Shown: positions 37,616 to 46,160 of the stretch, in pieces
Layout of the letters: the number at the start of each line of letters is the position of its first letter
How positions within the stretch are numbered: position 1 is the stretch's first letter
Assembly (NCBI GenBank): GCA_001816585.1
Contig: MHCJ01000003.1
Span: 426,971 to 490,970 of the forward strand
Length of the DNA stretch: 64,000 nucleotides
DNA from: Candidatus Chisholmbacteria bacterium RIFCSPHIGHO2_01_FULL_52_32
GTDB taxonomy: Bacteria; Patescibacteriota; Microgenomatia; UBA1400; Chisholmbacteraceae
Direction: 5' to 3'
Made by a program: the position numbers and the translations under genes
The notes under the pieces: generated by a model
Told to the model about the DNA's origin: nothing
The model's input: the letters and a program-made list of their open reading frames with translations, nothing else
Database searches by the model: none

Positions 37616-39366
37616 GGTTTTGTGGTCTTTCTTCCGACCGGCTTCGTTGTTTTACTTGCCGTAACGAGGCTCCTCTTGGGCAAGATATATGCGAGTGCAT
37701 ATCCCATTCCGATGAGGGAAAGGATAAATCCGACTTTCCGCACCGGTGTTTCGGTGAATCGTGCCTCGATAAAGTGTTTCCCCGGAGGAACATTCACGCT
37801 CAAGAGACCACTGTGATCAGTAAAGGGAGATTCTTTCGTCTCGGTCTGAACGTCCTGCGTAATTTCAAGGCCTTTACCAATCTCGAGTGGCTTGCCGTCG
37901 AGAAAAACCGTCCACCCCGGAAAATACAACCGGTGGATATCAAGTATTCCCTGATCCGTTGCTTCAACGAGGAAGCTCAGGGAGGTCGTTTTCCCGTCTA
38001 TGAGTTTCACCTTCAGTTCTCCCCTTCTTATTCTGAAATCCTTTTCCAGGTGTTGCCATCTGTTCGTCTGACGCCATTTCGAGAGGAACTCATTTCTCCA
38101 GGTTGCCGTGTCCTGGTAACTTAGGAAGAAGGCATCATTTCTCACCATCGTTTGGTTGATACGTACGTGGTTACGGTTGGCGTAGAAAACGAAGAACAGG
38201 AGTACCGCGCTGAGTATCACTTTTCTTCCTGCTGAGGCAACGAGATATGCGGCGAGAAGACTTGTTCCGAATACCGTAACTCCAAGGAGGCGCCAGGGAA
38301 AGTCAATGATATCGAGGAACGGTAAATGTTTCCATAACCAATGCACTGCGGGGAGTTCGAGGATGAAGCCGACTGAAAGGGCTGTGATCGCCAAACTCAA
38401 TGATCCCATAGCAAACAGGGGGAATCTCACGGCAGCCTTTTTTGTCCTGAAGAGGAACAGTCCCAGCGAGATGGTGGCTAAAGCGGCCACCAACAGGTGG
38501 GTCAATCCGACTTGGAATGACATGTCATCGTTTGTACCCGGCATGGAGAAGCCATAACTCCATGGTGAATGGATGAGTTGTCCGACAGTCACAAAGTGAT
38601 CGTTGTAATAGTCGATAAGTTCATCAAACCTTAGGTATTTCAGTTCGAAAAGCGAGGGGGCGTAGATAAACGCACCTATCATCACCCCAAGAAGAGCCAT
38701 ACCTGTAGCCTTAAGAACTGCAGTTCTTTTGTGTTCCGCTTTGACCAACCAGAGCAGAAAAAAGCCCAAAAAAATCGGAAGGAAAATGAACGCCACAACC
38801 TGATGCGACAACAGGAGTCCTGCAAGGGAGAGGCTGCCGATCCCCACCCAACGGTGGTTTTGGGTGGCTGCGATGTTGTAGAGCGATAAAAGCACCAACG
38901 GTACGAAGATGTAGGCAAAACTTTCGGCTATCGCTCCCCGGACATAGATTTGGGAAAAGCGGTATGGGGCCCAAGTGTAAAACAGGGCTGCGATAAATCC
39001 CGGAAATTCCCCGAAGACTTTCCTTGCAAAAAGGAACATCGTTATTGCGGAGAGGAGGAAGCTTGACCCGATCACGATCTCAAAAGCGTCCGTAAACGAA
39101 AACCCCAGCGAGTGGAACATCGCTCCCAGAAGGTACGGAAGCGGATAAATGAACAGAAAAATGGGAAAGCCTAAGTTTCCGAACAGGGTTGGGGCAAGGC
39201 GCGGAGGGATCTGACCTTCTTTGAGTGCGAGATAGTAGTTGGCGATACGCGCGGTGTGGGTTTCCCCATCATGGCTGGTGTAGAACTCGGGAATCATGAG
39301 GGCGCGAAGGGCGGGGTATGAGGCGACAAAAAGAAGAACAATAAAGACCAACATCCGCTTCTTCAT
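37612..39366 (-). CDS. YfhO-like/PTPS-related GT-C membrane protein
   Basis: SHDG..H..R, G.PIF.F.YPL, PYR....YVRGA.AE, FPWR, C-terminal YFPGW...G.H.I. Confidence 0.85.
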   Translation of the reverse strand: MKKRMLVFIVLLFVASYPALRALMIPEFYTSHDGETHTARIANYYLALKEGQIPPRLAPTLFGNLGFPIFLFIYPLPYLLGAMFHSLGFSFTDAFEIVIGSSFLLSAITMFLFARKVFGEFPGFIAALFYTWAPYRFSQIYVRGAIAESFAYIFVPLVLLSLYNIAATQNHRWVGIGSLSLAGLLLSHQVVAFIFLPIFLGFFLLWLVKAEHKRTAVLKATGMALLGVMIGAFIYAPSLFELKYLRFDELIDYYNDHFVTVGQLIHSPWSYGFSMPGTNDDMSFQVGLTHLLVAALATISLGLFLFRTKKAAVRFPLFAMGSLSLAITALSVGFILELPAVHWLWKHLPFLDIIDFPWRLLGVTVFGTSLLAAYLVASAGRKVILSAVLLFFVFYANRNHVRINQTMVRNDAFFLSYQDTATWRNEFLSKWRQTNRWQHLEKDFRIRRGELKVKLIDGKTTSLSFLVEATDQGILDIHRLYFPGWTVFLDGKPLEIGKGLEITQDVQTETKESPFTDHSGLLSVNVPPGKHFIEARFTETPVRKVGFILSLIGMGYALAYILPKRSLVTASKTTKPVGRKTTKP

Positions 39367-39395
39367 AACAGTACGGGATACGGTCTCCCTTCTCG

Positions 39396-40148
39396 TTAGA
39401 CGGGTTTAAATAGCCTACTTTTCGTGATCCCGTATTTATGGAGGAGATATTGCCCGAGGACCATGAAGCTTTCCGAGAGAAATTTCGCTCCTGCAAGAAG
39501 CCCGATCGATGAGGATTCCTCATAATAACGGACCGGAATCGGCGCTTCTCCGATGTTCAATCCGTATGAGATTGCAGAAACCGTGAATTGCTGGTCGAAG
39601 ATGAAATCGTTTGAGAATCGCTGGAATGGCACTGTCTTGAGGGTTTTTCGGCTATACGCCCGCATTCCGCTCATGTGCTCTGAGAAATTAACACCGAGGA
39701 TAATATTCGCGATAAGTGAATAGAGGCGGTTAAAAACGTACTTCAATTGCGGCATCCCGCCGGCCAAGGCCTCCGTTCTCGTCCGTATACGAGAGCCGAA
39801 CATGTAATCGTAGCGCTTCTGAATGATCGGTCGGACCAGTTCCGGAATGAGACTGGCGTCGTACTGGTAATCGGGATGGATCATGACTACGATATCCGGG
39901 TTTCTCTTGAGCGCCTCCCAGTAGCAGGTTTTTTGATTGCCGCCGTATCCGAGATTATTCGGATGGACAAATGTTGTGATTCCCAATTTTTTTGAAAGCT
40001 CGACGGTTTTATCTCTTGAGACATCGTCGACCAAGATGATCTCACTGACCCAATCTTTCGGGATGTCGTCGTAGGTCTTCTTTAACGTCTTTTCGGCGTT
40101 ATACGCCGGCATGACGACGATGATGGTTGGCTTGGAAACTTTGTTCAT
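39396..40148 (-). CDS. DPM-like GT2 polyprenol-phosphate sugar synthase
   Basis: MPAYNAEKTL, NLGYGGNQK, HPDYQY, GSR, SGMRAY, PIPVRY. Confidence 0.9.
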   Translation of the reverse strand: MNKVSKPTIIVVMPAYNAEKTLKKTYDDIPKDWVSEIILVDDVSRDKTVELSKKLGITTFVHPNNLGYGGNQKTCYWEALKRNPDIVVMIHPDYQYDASLIPELVRPIIQKRYDYMFGSRIRTRTEALAGGMPQLKYVFNRLYSLIANIILGVNFSEHMSGMRAYSRKTLKTVPFQRFSNDFIFDQQFTVSAISYGLNIGEAPIPVRYYEESSSIGLLAGAKFLSESFMVLGQYLLHKYGITKSRLFKPV

Positions 40149-41776
40149 GTTCTTGTCAGCACAAAGGCGGTCTGGCCGTTCCGAAACTTTACCGTGTCAA
40201 GTACCGTGGCATCAGATGGGATTTCGTCCGGTGCTCCGATGATGAGCGTTCTCGGCAGTTGGCTATCCTTGGCATATTCTACCTTACGGAAGCGGTATTT
40301 TCCAAATCCCGCGGCTCCGCTTTCTGCAACCGATTGATAGTAGCTCGGATCGGTCTTGTCATAGAAAAGAAAAAAGATATAGGGTTGATCGTACCTCTGG
40401 GTCACAATTACCGTCTCCGCGTCGTCCCCAAGGCTGGTGACTATCTCGACCATCTCTTTGTACCCATACTGCCAGTCATGCGAGCGTTCGATGGGGGTGT
40501 GAATGTAATAGAGGTTCAGGTAGTAGACAAAATTAATACATACCAATAAACCAATAAATACCGATACATACCGATTTTTCTTGAGAATTCTCAATGCATG
40601 AATTATTCCGTAGGCGGTGATGATTTGAAGCACCGGGAGCATAAGCAGAGCCCGAACTGCGTGGGGAGCTTGGGTCGTAAGCGCAGAAGCAAGCGGAGCC
40701 ACCGCAAGCCAGGGAAAAATGAGTTTCATACCCGACCACTTATCTTTAATCATCGTATACAGCCCATACAGTAAAAATGGGAATTCCCATAGATACAAAA
40801 GCCCCATTCCCACCGCGCTATGCCTGCCGATCCCGTCACCACGCAAAAATAGGAAATCGAAGTTGAAATGCTTAAGGTATCCTTCGACGATGATCGTGGT
40901 AAAGACCAACGAACGCTGATGGAAAGGAGCAAAGATTGAGCCTCGGTCGCTGTCCTCTGTCCGATACTCTGCTTGGCGCTCGAGACGTTCCTGTTCCTGC
41001 GTATAGATTCCGGGGTTGGTGAAGACGCTTACAACGCTAAATCGTGCTTGGGCTGAGCCACGGATGAAGGTGAGGGCTATCGGTACCATCAGAAAAAGAC
41101 CCACGATAAACCCAAGGCCAATCTCCTTCCATCTTTGAACCAGCAGTTTTCTGAAAATCAGTGCCATAAGAAGAATGAATGCCGGAACGACCGCTCTCGC
41201 TGAGTGATAGGTGTACATCGTCGAGGCAAATGCAATGCTTGAACCAAACAGGAAGACGGCCTTGGCTGAACGGAGCCATTTGAGAAAGAGATACATCGCG
41301 AGGGTGAAAAAGAAGAGCGCGAGATTGGCTTCAAACGCCACGCGAGAAAATTGGAGGTGCCAGGGCGAAATCGCAAGGAGCAGCGCCGCCAGGGCGGCGA
41401 TTGCTATATTGTTAAATTGTTTTATTGTTTTATTGATCGTGAATAATTCTTTGACGAGGAAGTAGGTCACTAAAACTGTGAGGATGCCGGCAAGAGCGGA
41501 AGGAAAGCGAACGGCAAATTCTGTCAGGCCGAAGACCGCAATCGAAGAGACAGCAGCGTACGTATAGAGCGGCGGCTTGTAGTCGTTGAAGGAACGGATC
41601 GCAATGGGAAAGCTATTTCCGTATTCGTCTTTTCCGGTTTTCAAAATGGAGTAGGCGTTATAGCCTATCGACGCCTCATCCCAATCGAGGCTGGGGGGGT
41701 TTTGTCCGAGCTGGTATAACCGTAAAGCAGCCGCGACAAGAAGGATCGTCAGGAGCACTGCCGTTTTTCTCTTCAT
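40145..41776 (-). CDS. GT-C membrane glycosyltransferase (ArnT/PMT-like), paralog A
   Basis: WDEASIGYNAYSILKTGKDEYG, DYKPPLY, AVRFPSA, SPWHLQFSR..FE. Confidence 0.9.
   Translation of the reverse strand: MKRKTAVLLTILLVAAALRLYQLGQNPPSLDWDEASIGYNAYSILKTGKDEYGNSFPIAIRSFNDYKPPLYTYAAVSSIAVFGLTEFAVRFPSALAGILTVLVTYFLVKELFTINKTIKQFNNIAIAALAALLLAISPWHLQFSRVAFEANLALFFFTLAMYLFLKWLRSAKAVFLFGSSIAFASTMYTYHSARAVVPAFILLMALIFRKLLVQRWKEIGLGFIVGLFLMVPIALTFIRGSAQARFSVVSVFTNPGIYTQEQERLERQAEYRTEDSDRGSIFAPFHQRSLVFTTIIVEGYLKHFNFDFLFLRGDGIGRHSAVGMGLLYLWEFPFLLYGLYTMIKDKWSGMKLIFPWLAVAPLASALTTQAPHAVRALLMLPVLQIITAYGIIHALRILKKNRYVSVFIGLLVCINFVYYLNLYYIHTPIERSHDWQYGYKEMVEIVTSLGDDAETVIVTQRYDQPYIFFLFYDKTDPSYYQSVAESGAAGFGKYRFRKVEYAKDSQLPRTLIIGAPDEIPSDATVLDTVKFRNGQTAFVLTRT
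41364..41470. repeat. Copy 1 of a 107-bp near-identical direct repeat, containing (ATTGNNNN)x5 octamers at 41400-41439
   Basis: 105/107 identical to 47373-47479 by manual alignment. Confidence 0.9.
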
Positions 41777-43323
41777 CGTGGGTTGGAAAGCGGGTACACC
41801 CGAAACAAATACATGAAGCGGTTGCTCTTCCCTTTCTGATATTTCTTTATTAATTCGATATTCTCTTGGGGAGGAATTTGCTCGGGATACGATTCGTAAT
41901 ACACGAAGTAGGCGGGCTTTTTGGCAGCCATCGCACTCACCTCCTGAGGCACTTCCGTTACCGGCCAGAAGCCATGAATTTCAATATTGGGATTGTCCCA
42001 AAGGTAGAGTTCGAAGCTATAGGGCATGAGGCCAAATGTCCCCTGGGTTCCAAGAAAAATCTGCTTGTCTTTGGCTTCTTGTTTCAAGAATGCGATCACA
42101 TCGTCGATCCCCCACCCGGCGGGGAAACCATCAACGTATTGATCGCGGTCGGCCTGAATAATCGGCGCGTTCACCGGATCCGTGAGAACTTTTATGTCCA
42201 GAACCACCGCTGCTATCGTAAGAAAGAGGGCAAAGATCAGTTTTGGCTCGTTCCGTTTGACCGCAGAGAGGATTCGGTCCGTCGCAAGCGATGCTGCTAT
42301 GAGGAGGGGCGGGGTGATAAAGAGCAGATACCGCGCAAAAATCACCTTTCCGAAGGCTGCGGCAACAAGAAAAGGAAGCATTGCATGGATCAAAAGGAAG
42401 ACTAACCCTCTGGCATATTTGCGCAAGGAAAACGGATAGGTTTCGGGCAAGAGGACAAGACAAAAGCCCACGATTGCCGTTGTCATGACCGGCCAGGTCA
42501 ACCAGCCGACCCACCAGCGCCAAAGGCTCGGGAGGTTCCCCCAAAACCATCTCGTAGGATGTCCGAAAAATTCTCCGATGGTCGTGACGAACTCCAGGTT
42601 TTTTCGTCCGATCATGTGCATCCAGGGAGAGAGACGCATGATGTTTCGCATCGCTTCGGCTATGGCAAATGTTGGAACTGTAAGGAGGGCCCAGCGGACG
42701 ATATTTCTTTTTTCTCTTCCGGCAAAGAGGAGATTCAGCGGATAGAGATACTGAAAAAAAGCAGCCGGTGACTTTGTGAGAAGGCCTGCTCCCATGGCGA
42801 AACCGGTAAGCATTGCGTTGTCGAGCTTAAGGCTCTTTGCCGTTTTTACACCAAAATACAGCGTCCAGATTCCCCACATGGAGAGCATGGAATCGACCAA
42901 CGCAATCCGATCGTAAAATAGGGTGAATGGCGTGAGGAGGTAGAGGGCACTCGCCGTGAAGGCTGCGTTCTTGTTTTGAAAAAGCTCTTTTGTCAGAAAC
43001 CAGATCCCGACCGCTGCACCAAGACCGGACAGCGCGGAAACGGCCCTTCCGGCGATAAGCGGATCAGAAATAATCTTCATCGCAGCTATGGTAAACCAGT
43101 GCCAGAGCGGTTGTTTTCCGTCGGTCAACGGGATAAATCGGAGGGAGGCATCATGCAGGGCAATTTGACTCCAACGCGTATAGATGGCTTCGTCCGTGAA
43201 GATCGGCCATAACCGAAGATTCGTCAGCCTGGTTGTTAAATAAACTATCATCAGACCAGCCAGAATCCTGATTTCTCTGAGTGATACCAGGAACGGTCTT
43301 TTGATTTTTTGCGGTGTTTTCAT
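41773..43323 (-). CDS. GT-C membrane glycosyltransferase (ArnT/PMT-like)
   Basis: FTDEAIY..W, DGKQPL, GRAVS, DRIALVD, LTK. Confidence 0.88.
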   Translation of the reverse strand: MKTPQKIKRPFLVSLREIRILAGLMIVYLTTRLTNLRLWPIFTDEAIYTRWSQIALHDASLRFIPLTDGKQPLWHWFTIAAMKIISDPLIAGRAVSALSGLGAAVGIWFLTKELFQNKNAAFTASALYLLTPFTLFYDRIALVDSMLSMWGIWTLYFGVKTAKSLKLDNAMLTGFAMGAGLLTKSPAAFFQYLYPLNLLFAGREKRNIVRWALLTVPTFAIAEAMRNIMRLSPWMHMIGRKNLEFVTTIGEFFGHPTRWFWGNLPSLWRWWVGWLTWPVMTTAIVGFCLVLLPETYPFSLRKYARGLVFLLIHAMLPFLVAAAFGKVIFARYLLFITPPLLIAASLATDRILSAVKRNEPKLIFALFLTIAAVVLDIKVLTDPVNAPIIQADRDQYVDGFPAGWGIDDVIAFLKQEAKDKQIFLGTQGTFGLMPYSFELYLWDNPNIEIHGFWPVTEVPQEVSAMAAKKPAYFVYYESYPEQIPPQENIELIKKYQKGKSNRFMYLFRVYPLSNPR

Positions 43324-43363
43324 GGTTTAGGTTTCTGTTCCTCTATGAGGGCAAAATAACTTT

Positions 43364-44806
43364 TTACTGCCTTTCAGTATACCATCTCTGAGGGATCACC
43401 CCGAGAATAAGCGGCGGGAGAGCGATCGTTGCGAGCATCGCGATTTGCCAAAAGAAGTTCAGGGGGTAGAGATAGAAGGAGGCGAAGAGAACCGCATAAT
43501 AGAGAAGGCTCGTATAGGAAGACAAGAGAACAACCGCCTGGAGACGACCTCTCGGAAGAATGGCAGCAAACGGCAGTATCCAGGCAAGATACCATGGTTG
43601 AAGCATCGGGGAAACCAGTACGAGATAGAGAAGTATGATGACAACCATTCCTGCGATGACCCCCGTCCTTCGGATACGGCTTAGGGCGCCGGTCAACAGC
43701 AGAAGGAATGGGGGAATGGTCACCAACTTCTCTGCCCATACCGCTTGTCCCTTCTCAAATCCCATTTTAAGAAACATAAATCGTACAGCGGTGGGGAACG
43801 AGCGGAGGTAGAGTTCGAGTTGAACGCCGAGATTTCCGATGAAACCCCTCAGACCCTCCCCCAGGCTTAAGAACCCCCCGAGTGTCATAAGCGAAAACCA
43901 GGAGAGGAATCTTACAGCATCTCTTCGCTTCCCTTGCAGGAAAAGCCACCACCCAAAAATCGGCACAAAAAGGATCGCGACAACCTTGGCAAGAACCGCA
44001 AGGGCAAGGGCAGCCGCAGCGATCATCAGCCGTCCTTCGAAAAACCAATAGAATCCCAACAGCGAGAAAAACGCCATCACCATATCGTTATGGGCATTTC
44101 CGACAATCTCTATATGGATAAGTGGATTCCAGGCAAAGAGGGCAAGACCGTAGAGGAAGTTGTCCGGACTGTATTTTTGAAACCACTTTTTTAAAAGCAC
44201 GATTGTGGCCAATGTAAAAATCCCTCCCATGAACTTGAAACCAATTACATTCATGAGGAGGTCATCTTTTGCGAACACGTGGATCAATGAAGATGTGAGA
44301 AACTGCACCGGCCCGTACACCGAGGCACGAAACTTCCAGGATCCTAAATAGATAAACGGATCTTGGGGGAAGTTTTGCGGGGGCTCGATCCAGGGGTTTG
44401 CGTGGTGGACAAAAAGAACCCTGTTTGAAGCGATGTAATCAAAGACATCGGTTGAGAGCGCCGGAAACGAAAGAAATGTTGTTATTAGGAATGCGGCCGC
44501 ATATCGAAGAACAATCTTTGATGACGTCGATTGTCCTGATGATTGGTTCCGCAATAACCGCAGCGCTTTGGCGTACACCACGAACATCGCCGTAACCGTG
44601 AGGAAATATAGCAAGGTTGGGATGCTGTTGACGTGAAGCAATTTTGCCAGTTCTCTCCCCTTCTCCAGGAAACCGGGGGAGTCGGTCAGGAACGCGATGC
44701 GCTCGAGCAAAAAATCATCGCGCAGGAAGATGAGGTAGCTTACAACAGCGTATACCGCATAGAGAACTGCCAGAGTGATTCCGTATCGCTTAAGTTCTTT
44801 TCCCAT
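43364..44806 (-). CDS. MptA/MptB-like polyprenol-phosphomannose-dependent mannosyltransferase (GT-C)
   Basis: STDVFDYI, NPW..PP, SVYGP, WNPL..IE..GNAHND, QPWY. Start trimmed to 44806. Confidence 0.82.
   Translation of the reverse strand: MGKELKRYGITLAVLYAVYAVVSYLIFLRDDFLLERIAFLTDSPGFLEKGRELAKLLHVNSIPTLLYFLTVTAMFVVYAKALRLLRNQSSGQSTSSKIVLRYAAAFLITTFLSFPALSTDVFDYIASNRVLFVHHANPWIEPPQNFPQDPFIYLGSWKFRASVYGPVQFLTSSLIHVFAKDDLLMNVIGFKFMGGIFTLATIVLLKKWFQKYSPDNFLYGLALFAWNPLIHIEIVGNAHNDMVMAFFSLLGFYWFFEGRLMIAAAALALAVLAKVVAILFVPIFGWWLFLQGKRRDAVRFLSWFSLMTLGGFLSLGEGLRGFIGNLGVQLELYLRSFPTAVRFMFLKMGFEKGQAVWAEKLVTIPPFLLLLTGALSRIRRTGVIAGMVVIILLYLVLVSPMLQPWYLAWILPFAAILPRGRLQAVVLLSSYTSLLYYAVLFASFYLYPLNFFWQIAMLATIALPPLILGVIPQRWYTERQ
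43376..43384 (-). promoter_or_regulatory. Extended -10 box (TGGTATACT) in the last codons of a CDS
   Basis: Encodes WYT at the C-terminus; lies 52 nt upstream of the next ATG at 43323. Confidence 0.45.
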
Positions 44807-46160
44807 CGTTTGTGAACAGATACACCCCAATCGGAGGCACAACGAGAAATGCGTAGATTGCAAGTGTCCAGAGCGGATTTGTATAGTCAAAGCGATGGGA
44901 AGTAAAGAGGATGGCGTACTGGAGGCTTGAGGTCGCCGAGAAGGTAAGCGCGGCCTTCGTGAGCTTTGTTATCGGAAGCAAACTTAGGAAAGGGAGATAC
45001 CATATCGGATACCATGCCCAATAGAGCGTGACGACGAACATAAGGTATACCAGGGTCAACTTCACGTAGGCTGCCACAAGTTCCTTTTCGCTACCGATGG
45101 TTCGGACCGTGAACAAGGCAAAGAGCACAAACGGCAACGTAAAGATCCAATCCGGAATCATATTCAGAAGATTTGGTAAAGAATTCAACTTCAGTGTTGC
45201 TACCCACCCGAAGAGTTGCAGTTGATTGATGATGGATTCTTTTCCCATGAACCAACCGCCTGCAACCATCACTACCATAAACCCTAAAAGAAGCGATGCA
45301 GTCTTTCCAAGATCGGTTGTTTTTTTCAAGTTCAAAAAGATGTAGAACGGGAGGAGGACAACGGCGTAGAGTTTCACCAATGTCCCTAAAGCGATAAACA
45401 TCCCGGAGAGCAAGAAACGCTGTTTCCTTAGGGCAAGGAGACTTACAAGCATAAACGTCACCATGATGATATCGTTATGGGCGTTTCCCGCCGTTTCGAT
45501 GAGAAGCAAGGGGTTCAGTGCGAATAGCGCAAGCGCTCTGGTTTTGTTTCTTTCTCCAAGAAGTCTCATGACCGTGTAACACCCAAGAACCGTAAAGGCA
45601 ATCATCAGCAATTTAAATCCGAGGAGCGAAGCCGCAAGATTGTTCAATCCGAGGATGGCCGGAATTATCGTGAGCAGATGATGTACCGGACCATAGACGC
45701 TGGTTATTCTTGGCCAGCTCGCGAGGTTAATGAACGGATCGCCCGGAAAGTCAATTGCAGGCACGGTCCATGGGTTCTTGCCATAAACAAAGGGAATTCT
45801 CGTGTTGAGAATGTAGTCGAACACGTCCGATGAGAGTACCGGATAGGAAAAGAGTACGATCCCTTGAAAGGCAAGCGACCAGAGAAGGATGTTTCTCGGC
45901 CTCTGGATTGTTACCCATTGACCTCTTAGGATCTTTACGTAGCAAAAGAATGCCGAGAGTAAAATAGCGAATAAGAGTACCGTTGGAATCGTATTCAGAT
46001 GAAAAGGCAACGCTTGCTCACGGAATTGAACCAGGGTTTGCCCGACCGAAGGGTAAAACTGAGCGATTGCATCGAGGGCCCAGTCGTTTCGAAGGAGCAG
46101 AATATAGCTTAGGAAGGTATAAGCAAGGAAGCTTAGTCCTAAAAGCACAAGGTACTTCAT
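44790..46160 (-). CDS. MptA/MptB-like mannosyltransferase (GT-C), tandem paralog
   Basis: SSDVFDYI, NPW, SVYGP, NPLLLIETAGNAHND, WY..W. Confidence 0.82.
   Translation of the reverse strand: MKYLVLLGLSFLAYTFLSYILLLRNDWALDAIAQFYPSVGQTLVQFREQALPFHLNTIPTVLLFAILLSAFFCYVKILRGQWVTIQRPRNILLWSLAFQGIVLFSYPVLSSDVFDYILNTRIPFVYGKNPWTVPAIDFPGDPFINLASWPRITSVYGPVHHLLTIIPAILGLNNLAASLLGFKLLMIAFTVLGCYTVMRLLGERNKTRALALFALNPLLLIETAGNAHNDIIMVTFMLVSLLALRKQRFLLSGMFIALGTLVKLYAVVLLPFYIFLNLKKTTDLGKTASLLLGFMVVMVAGGWFMGKESIINQLQLFGWVATLKLNSLPNLLNMIPDWIFTLPFVLFALFTVRTIGSEKELVAAYVKLTLVYLMFVVTLYWAWYPIWYLPFLSLLPITKLTKAALTFSATSSLQYAILFTSHRFDYTNPLWTLAIYAFLVVPPIGVYLFTNDGKRT

Noticed and set aside
37615-37655. KTTKP duplicated at the C-terminus of the YfhO-like protein
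   Set aside because: A short basic tail with divergent codons; probably incidental.
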